Source of the DNA: Octopus vulgaris
Lineage: Eukaryota
Direction: 5' to 3'
DNA: 64,000 nt
Assembly: GCA_951406725.2 (NCBI GenBank)
Contig: OX597828.1
Coordinates: forward strand, 47,554,001-47,618,000
Below the pieces are notes generated by a model. That model searched no databases. It saw only the letters and a list, made by a program, of their open reading frames with translations, and was not told where the DNA came from. The translations under genes and the position numbers were made by a program. This document shows, one piece after another, positions 55,536 through 64,000 of the stretch. Position 1 is the stretch's first letter; each line of letters starts with the position of its first letter.

Positions 55536-55612
55536 CATACTGCTTAGTAGAATAGACCAAAAATTACGGTTGTGCATAGGGTATAGCCGTCAGTGATATA
55601 CGTTAAAGTTTA

Positions 55613-55953
55613 AAGGCGGCGAGCTGGCAGAATCGTTAAAACGCCGGGCGAAATGCTTAGCGGTATTTCGTCAGCCGTTACGTTCTGAGTTCAAATTCCG
55701 CCGCGGTCGACTTTGCTTTTAAGGCGGCGAGTTGGCAGAATCGCTAACACGCCGGGCGAAATGCGTAGCCGTATTGCGTCTGCCGTTACGTTCTGAGTTC
55801 AAATTCCGCCGAGGTCGACTTTGCCTTTCATCCTTTCGGGGTCGATAAATTAAGTACCAGTTACGCACTGGGGTCAATGTAATCGACTTAATCCGTTTGT
55901 CTGTCCTTGTTTGTCCTCTCTGTGTTTAGCCCCTTGTGGGTAGTAAAGAAATA
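55613..55953 (+). mobile_element. SINE family C with tandemly duplicated ~107-nt head
   Basis: Heads start at 55613 and ~55721; 18-bp target-site duplication GATATACGTTAAAGTTTA (55595-55612 / 55954-55971). Confidence 0.93.
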
Positions 55954-57772
55954 GATATACGTTAAAGTTTAGATATAAATGTGCACAGTAAGAGCTGGTG
56001 AAGTCATGTTAGACGAGGGCTTATCGATGGAGTGCACAATCAGCTTTAACCAGATTTTTCACAGAGAGTGAATAATACTTAGAGCAGATGAGGTCAGTAG
56101 TAAATTAGACAAAAATTAAACCAGCGCCGTAATAAACTAAACATAACTCACATATATGGCTGCAATGACAAATAACTAAAATTAGATCAGACCACGTCAA
56201 TTGACGGTAAATGCTTAAGCGATTAAAAGCTCAAATTATTCAAAATAAGACGACAGAAAGAACCGGGAAAGGAAAAGTCAAAACTTAAGTATGATGGCTG
56301 TGTGAAAGAGAGAGACTGGTTTTTAAACTTTTGGCTAACGTTCGACTAGATATCGAGTGAAAGCGAGCAAATGATTATTTGTAGAGAATCGATTAAGATT
56401 TAATTAAAGTAAAAGCAATCATAATTGACTTGTAGTAAAGCAAAGCTAGATTAAATGTATTTCAAAGACTAAAGAGTAATTAATAGACCAACAGTCTGTT
56501 TAATAGAGGCAATAAGTCTTACTAGGTGTCTTAAGTAAAAAAAAAAGAACAACCCACTTGAAATCGCCTCTGATTCTATGATACAGATTCCCTGTTTTGA
56601 TATTATCTTAATTAAAAACCTTCCATCAAAACTTAATGTACTTAATGCTCCAAACACTAATTTAATGATGAACACGATGCTTTAAGAAATAAATTCTTAA
56701 TTATTTTTGAAATTAATTGAGGTGCATTTCAGTATAAATATAGTAACGGAACAGTTAGAGAATAAAAGTATAAGTTATACTAGATTAGGCGATGGAAAAA
56801 GAGAAAGACAAAAAAAAAAGCAAGTTAGGAGTTAAATACGGTGAGCGGGAGAAAGGGAGGGAGGGAGGGACGATGAATTTAAACGAGGTTTAGGGAGATA
56901 GTGAAAGTAGAAAATAATATGGCGGCGGTAGTAAGGGGGAGTAAGCATTGATTGCAACAGAGCACGTTCAATAACGGATATGTCCGACATTATTTACTTG
57001 GTAATTTACATCATTTACCGGTATGTTTGATGATACAGCGCACAATCTACACTATACACTGTTCAACACATATATAGCCAGTCAAGACTACACATGTAAA
57101 CATAGACACATATACACACGTACACGGAACACACACTATCTCCCCACTGCCCACCACCATTCCCCTGTTGCCTTCTATATAATCACCCTTTAACTACATG
57201 CTGGTTATAAAAGGGCAGAGTTGAAGGCGGAGACGGGGACGGAATCGGCATCGATCGCTTGACAATGTGTTGATAATTAATAGTCACAGTGGGTGTATGT
57301 GTGTGTGTGTGTGTGTGTGGAAACTTGTGCATATATGTATATTTATATGGAGGTATATGTGTTTGTGTGTTTGTGCGTGTATCAATACATAGGTATATGC
57401 ATGTGCCTGTGTGTGTGTGTGTGATGCTTCTCATGAATTTGTGATATAATTACATTGAAAACATTGCTTTTATATGTGTACGTGTATTTAAGCATGTAGG
57501 TATGTATGTTTGTATATATGTGCATATATATATATGTGTGTGTGTATATATATATATACGTATATACATATACACAAACATGTATATATGTACATCTAAG
57601 TATTTATATATATATACATATATGCATGTATGTGTGTATGTATGTATGTATATATATATATAGATAGATAGATAGATAGATAGATAGAAAGATACATGCA
57701 CATATACATGTTTGTGCCTTTGTGTGCATGCGTGCACGTGTATGTGTATGTACGTGTATACGTATGTATATT

Positions 57773-57823
<51 letters not shown>

Positions 57824-57943
57824 GCATACATACATGCATATATATATGCGTATGTATGTATATATAATATATACATCTGTATAAATATATATACATGTGG
57901 GTGAGCGCGTGTATGTTTGAGTATGTATATATATACAGTATAC

Positions 57944-57999
<56 letters not shown>

Positions 58000-58207
58000 T
58001 TTACCTTAATTTCCAATGTCGGCACGGGTGAAGGATGTTGTGTGGTGTGGGTTGGGGTGGGTGGGCGCGGGTGGAGAGGGACGTGATTCTGCCTGAATTA
58101 TTTCATTATTCTTCCTTATCGATCAATTTATTTGTTTATTTATACAGCTATTTATTAACAATTTGTAACTTTTGAGTAAAACCACTGGACTATGGACGCG
58201 CGCGCGC

Positions 58208-58240
<33 letters not shown>

Positions 58241-58534
58241 TGTATGTGTGTGTGTATGTGTGTGTGTGTGTGTGTGTGTTCTCTGGCGGGCCACCTTCCT
58301 TCTTGCTCTTTTACTCCAAACCGCAAACTTATCCTTCGCCACAATTATTTTTCCCCTAACCCGTAACTACCAGAGGAAAATTTCGTGTCTTAACCCTTGC
58401 CTTGATTGCTTATTCATTTAGGATAATTAAATTTATTAATTCTGCCATCAATATTACTTTAATTTCTAATGACGACAGAGAAATTTTTGACTGAGCAGCA
58501 GACAACGGGGGGCCCTCCTGTATTTGTTGAGGGT

Positions 58535-58955
58535 GACGGTGTTGGCTGTGGTGATAGTGATGACGGTGGTGTTGGTGATGGTGTTGTTGTAGTTGTTGTT
58601 ATTGTGGTTTTTGTTGTTGTTGTTGTTGTTGTTGCAGGTGGTGGTGGTAGTGGTGATGGTGGAAGTGGTGGTGATGGTGGTGGTGGTGGTGGTGGTGATG
58701 GTAGTGGTGGTGGTGGTGGTGGTGGTGGTAGTGGTGGTGGTGGAAGTGGTGGTGGCAGTGATGGTGGTGGAAGTGGTGGTGGTGGTGGTGGTGGAAGTGG
58801 TGGTGGTGGAAGTGGTGGTGGTGGTGGTAGAAGTGGTGGTGGTCGTCATGGTCGTCGTGGTGGTGGAAGTAGTGGTGGTGGAAATGGTGATGGTGATGGT
58901 GGTGGTGGTGGTGGTGGTGGTGGTGGTCGTGGTGGTGTGGCGGTGGCGGCGACGG
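58535..58955. repeat. (GGT)n-based trinucleotide tract
   Basis: Read directly. Confidence 0.92.
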
Positions 58956-59527
58956 CAGGATCTGACTAGTGCCAATCACTGGCGGGAAATTATCACAAGA
59001 ATACAACCCTAATTGGAGAGTGAGAATTGGACAAAGATTGTAGATAACAAGGAACCGCCACCAACACAACCACCACCGCTACCACCACCGCCACCACCAC
59101 CACCCACACTTTCCCCACCGCTGCCGCCATCGACACCACTAACATCACTAATAATACTACCATTTCTACCACAACTGCTTCGACACAACCAATATCATCA
59201 CCACCACCACAGCTACCATTTATAAGCAGCACCACCATCGCCACCACCGCTACTATGATCATCACTGCAAAAACGTCCACCGACACCATCAGAGTTAACA
59301 ATCACTAACGCCATCATTATAACCATCACCGCAAAAACTGCCACCAATACCATCACAACTAACATCACCACCATCAACACCACCAAGAACTTCAACCGCA
59401 ACAACAAACATAAATAACACTAACAGCAGTAACTAAAAACAATGGCGTTCTCAGCTACAGCTCCAAGAGCAACAGCAGCAACGGCAAGAACAATGGAGAC
59501 TAATAATAGTCTCAGTAAACGCGACGG

Positions 59528-59629
59528 CTACTACTACTACTACTACTACTACTATTACTACTACTACTATCACTACCACTAATGCTGCTGTTGCTGGTAA
59601 TAATGATAATGATGATGATGATGATAATA

Positions 59630-59666
<37 letters not shown>

Positions 59667-59675
59667 GTAGTAGTA

Positions 59676-59718
<43 letters not shown>

Positions 59719-59726
59719 TGATGATG

Positions 59727-59796
<70 letters not shown>

Positions 59797-59896
59797 TAAT
59801 AATAACAATAATGATAATAATAATAATAATAGTAGTAGTAGTAGTAGTAAAAATAATAATAATAATAATAATAATAATAGTAGTAGTAGTAGTAAA

Positions 59897-59954
<58 letters not shown>
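59528..59954. repeat. Compound (CTA)n/(AAT)n/(AGT)n microsatellite
   Basis: Read directly. Confidence 0.92.
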
Positions 59955-60489
59955 TGCCCTGATGCAGTACCATGGCTTCTGATCTTAACTGATTGGAAGT
60001 GTTATCATGTACATGGTTTTGTCTTGGTATGAAAGATGGGTTACAGCAAATATTCTGCTCAATACCACAGATTTGCTTGTCAGTTGTTTGACCTTAACCA
60101 GTTGAGCATGTCTCTTAGTGGCTGACGATATGTGCATCTCTGATCATGAGCAGAAATAGTGGGGTGGGGGAATCATAGCCGTGTGTTGAAAGGGATTCTT
60201 AGAGGTTTGGATAATTCACCTCTGGAAATATGGGTGTTTCGTTCAACATCCGTATAACAATCCTTATTCAGGGACCTTTTGAGCAGGCTGGGCTACTCGA
60301 CTAGAAGAAAATTCTAACTGGGCCCCACCTGCAAGGTCATGTGCTGTTTATTTTGATATGAGATCACCATGTCGCGCAAATATGGTTGTGATACTATACC
60401 CTTATCAGACGGGTAGTCATGATGGGTATACTGGGCTTCGAATATTTTACCCCAGTGTCATTTTCATGACATGCACTGCTCTCTCACTC
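59955..60489 (+). mobile_element. ~535-bp non-coding block inserted in (AAT)n; probable 3' UTR of an (AAT)n-associated retroelement
   Basis: Sharp boundaries with (AAT)n on both sides; identity inferred. Confidence 0.45.
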
Positions 60490-60499
60490 AATAATAATG

Positions 60500-60563
<64 letters not shown>

Positions 60564-60564
60564 G

Positions 60565-60804
60565 TTTAAATATTTGTTGTGCAAGATTTTTTATGTGAAG
60601 TCGTGTGTTGAAACAGATATTGTTATATTTCGGAATGGTCATTTTGTCAGTTTTGTCAGGAGTGTGACGAAAGAACTCTGGCCGAAATAAGATTAAGATT
60701 AATGTAAAAAATAAATAACACTGAAGCAAAGTAACACCAAATATATAGTGCGTGTGTTTTTATTGGCTAAACTGACAAAATGACCATTCCGAAATATAAC
60801 AATA
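60565..60804. mobile_element. Penelope-like remnant with a perfect 36-bp inverted repeat; related pieces at ~43455-43560 and ~53253-53322
   Basis: TATTGTTATATTTCGGAATGGTCATTTTGTCAGTTT (60618-60653) and its reverse complement (60769-60804). Confidence 0.65.
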
Positions 60805-60822
60805 ATAATAATAATAATAATA

Positions 60823-60955
60823 GTAACAAACGACAAAGTAACCATACTCTGTGATATGCTAATACACACCGACAGAGAAATTAAGGCCAATAGACCAGAT
60901 GTAGTTGTAAGAGATCGATACCAGCAGATGACAACGTTTCTGTAAAAGAAATGGA
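60823..60955 (+). pseudogene. R4/Dong-like LINE restriction-like endonuclease fragment
   Basis: Translates VTNDKVTILCDMLIHTDREIKANRPDVVVRD (RPD motif), then after a deletion SIPADDNVSVKEM; begins right after (AAT)n. Confidence 0.75.
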
Positions 60956-61554
60956 CTATGAAGAAAGAATCTTCATAATTGGCTTGATAATACATGCAAC
61001 AAGCTTCTCATACGGGCTCAGAACATCTGATTGCAAGAACATTAGACCAAGGAGGAGATTATGAACACATTCCACCCCTCTCAGCTTCTGTTGTTCGCAC
61101 TGGACGCCAGGCAGTTTTAGATGGAATTGTTTGGAGGCTTTCTGTACCACACAACTACATTGAAACTTTTGGTAAGAAACATAGAACATGAAATTTGGGG
61201 ATCTACCAAAATTAATGGTGGTGGTGGTGGAGGATGGCAGAAATTCCCGATATAGTGTAATGAAACGCACCTCGATTGCAGCCGCAAGAAGAAGAAGAAG
61301 AAGAAGAAGAAGAAGAAGAAGAAGAAGAAGAAGAAGAAGAAGAAGAAGAAGAAGAAGAAGAAGAAGAAGAAGAAGAAGAAGAAGAAGAAGAAGAGCAGCA
61401 ACAGCAACATGAATGTAGAGAAGAGTGAAGAGAGTGAACGTTGCGTTTCGCCTTGTTTTCGTTTTCTATCATAATTGACCACCATTGCTGTACGAAAGAG
61501 AGCGAGGGGTAGAAAGGAGACATGTTATTAGTGACCAGCGAGGGTGGCGTGGGC

Positions 61555-61618
61555 AGCAGCAGTGGTGGTGTCATGGTCGTTGCAGTGGTGACGATGACGA
61601 TGATGATGATGGTGATGA

Positions 61619-61649
<31 letters not shown>

Positions 61650-62004
61650 GGTGGTGGTGGTGGTGGTGGTGGTGGTGGTATTGGCGGTGGTAGTGGTGGT
61701 GGTGGTATTGGTGGTGGTGGTTGTGGTGGTATTGGTGGTGGTGGTGGTGGTGGTATTGGTGGTGGTGGTGGTGGTGGTGGTGGTGGTGGTTATGATAATG
61801 ATGCTTGTAGTGGTGATGGCTGTCCTGAAAGTGGTGGTGTTGGCGACAGTAGCGTTGATGATGATATTGTTGTTGGTGGTAGTGGTAGTAGTAGTAGTAG
61901 TAGTAGTGATGATGATGCCGCTAGTGGTGTTTACGATGATGGTTGTAGTGATGGTGGTGGTGGTGGTGGTGGTGGTGGTGGTAGTGGTGGTAGTGGTGGT
62001 GGTG

Positions 62005-62036
<32 letters not shown>

Positions 62037-62131
62037 GATGATGATGCCGCTAGTGGTGTTTATGATGATGGTTGTAGTGATGGTGGTGGTGGTGGGTGGT
62101 GGTGGTGGTGGTGGTGGTAGTGGTGGTGGTG

Positions 62132-62170
<39 letters not shown>

Positions 62171-62297
62171 ATGATGATGCCGCTAGTGGTGTTTATGATG
62201 ATGGTTGTAGTGATGGTGGTGGTGGTGGTGGTGGTAGTGGTGGTGGTGGTAGTGGTGGTGGTGGTGGTGGTGGTGGTGGTGGAGGTGGTGGTGGTGT
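61555..62297. repeat. (GGT)n tract with three higher-order copies of GATGATGCCGCTAGTGGTGTTTA(C/T)GATGATGGTTGTAGTGAT
   Basis: Copies at ~61911, ~62040 and ~62173. Confidence 0.9.
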
Positions 62298-63155
62298 TTA
62301 GAAAGCCCAATTAAGACCGAGGCCTAACTGATTAGACGTTGTTTCATTATTCAATCATTGTGCCCGTCTTTCTATACGTTTTGGCTTTCGCCGATATTTT
62401 CTCAAACCATGTTTTCTTTCCTTCTCACGTTTTTTCTTCCTTTTATTTTCTTAGTTTTTTTTTTCTTTTACCTTTTTTTTATTTTGCTTCTTTATTTTCC
62501 AATCGCTTATTTTTGTAACATTGTTTTGTTTTGTTTTTTTTTTTGTTTTTCTTTCTAGTTTTTTGCTTGTTACTTGATTTCTTTTATTTTTCTTTCTTTT
62601 ATATCAACGATGTTTGTCAGCCATGAAATATCTAAACAAACAGTCCATTATCCGCTTCCTTCTCGTTATAACGGTTGCAGTTAGTAATAAACTCTATTCA
62701 CAACAATTTATCACGTGTCAGATCACATTCCCAATAGTTCGTCAGTTACATCGTCGTCAATGATTATTTTTCTTTCTTTTTTTTCATTTTTTTATGTATA
62801 ACTTTTATTTTGTTTCGTCAAAAACTCTTTTTATTATCATCTTTAGTTTTACTCTTTTTTATTCCTTTATCTTATTTTAGGAGTTCTTTTATTAATTTCT
62901 TTATTTTTTTATCATATTTTTTTACCTTTCCCTCGTTTATCAAAAACTTCCAAAGTTCAAATACTCTGGCAATCGGTAACAGATCTTACCCAGGGGTAAG
63001 TTTTTTTATGCTCTTCACTAGCTCAAAATTAGAACCTGCACTGCTTGAAATTTAAATTTTTAAAAATTCTAATACCTTCCGCAAACTTTTCGATAATTTT
63101 CACCACCCAGCGCCACCATTACTCTCATTCTGCCAACTTTCGCTGACATTCGTCA

Positions 63156-63965
63156 CCTGTTTCGCTTCCTTTTGTCACCTTTTTACCACATTTTTGCTTA
63201 TTTTCGTCACTTCTCGCCACCTTTTATCACTTTTATACTCCTTCCGCTTTTCCTCGTTTCGCCACACTTCGTGACTTTCCGCCATTTGTCGATAACTTTC
63301 GCTGCCTGTTTCGCTTCCTTTTGTCACCTTTTTACCACATTTTTGCTTATTTTCGTCACTTCTCGCCACCTTTTATCACTTTTATACTCCTTCCGCTTTT
63401 TCTCGTTTCGCCACACTTCGTGACTTTCCGCCATTTGTCGATAACTTTCGCTGCCTGTTTCGCTTCCTTTTGTCACATTTTTACCACATTTTTGCTTATT
63501 TTCGTCACTTCTCGCCACCTTTTATCACTTTTATACTCCTTCCGCTTTTTCTCGTTTCGCCACACTTCGTGACTTTCCGCCATTTGTCGATAACTTTCGC
63601 TGCCTGTTTCGCTTCCTTTTGTCACATTTTTACCACATTTTTGCTTATTTTCGTCACTTCTCGCCACCTTTTATCACTTTTATACTCCTTCCGCTTTTTC
63701 TCGTTTCGCCACACTTCGTGACTTTCCGCCATCTGTCGATAACTTTTGCTACCTGTTTCGCTTTATTTTTCTCTTTTTTACCACATTTTCGCTCCTTTTC
63801 ATCACTTTTCTCCATCTTTTAACATTTTTATCCTCCTTCCGCCTTTCGCTATTTCACCACACTTCGTGACTTTTCGCTATCTGTCGATAACTTCCGCTTA
63901 CTATTTCACTTCTTTTTGCAACCTTTTTACCACTTTGTCATGTTTTCGTCACTTCTCGCCATACT
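63156..63965. repeat. 149-bp tandem satellite, ~5.5 copies, decaying towards the right edge
   Basis: Units start at 63156, 63305, 63454, 63603 and 63752; ORF starts are also spaced 149 bp apart. Confidence 0.95.
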
Positions 63966-64000
63966 TCAACTTCTTCACTCACTTTCCACCTTCCGTTGCG

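Noticed and set aside
63172-63822. Repeated 83-aa and 64-aa ORFs
   Set aside because: Translations of the 149-bp satellite, whose unit length is not a multiple of 3.

Overview
AT-rich, repeat-saturated animal genomic DNA with no recognisable host protein-coding exon; probably a large intron or gene desert. The tRNA-derived SINE families and microsatellite load resemble a cephalopod (Octopus-like) genome, but this is recognition, not a database result. Contents: about 25 SINE copies or fragments from four modular families; decayed LINE fragments (two CR1/L2-like, one RTE-like, two with restriction-like endonuclease motifs); an ORF1/zinc-knuckle element lacking reverse transcriptase; non-autonomous Helitron-like elements (A|TC...hairpin-CTAG|T); several Penelope-type minimal hammerhead ribozyme motifs; a 7.3-kb array of about 330 copies of a 22-bp unit lying after a Helitron 5' end; a 2.3-kb (ATT)n array; and a 149-bp satellite at the right edge. 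Almost all listed ORFs are microsatellite or minisatellite artefacts. The best leads are (i) the 22-bp array, in which nearly every unit carries a TCF/LEF-type site next to a helper-site-like GCCG, (ii) three different hammerheads within 1.1 kb plus a dispersed family with a fixed CUGU core, and (iii) SINE 3' ends shared with a LINE and with the ORF1-only element, visible within the window.
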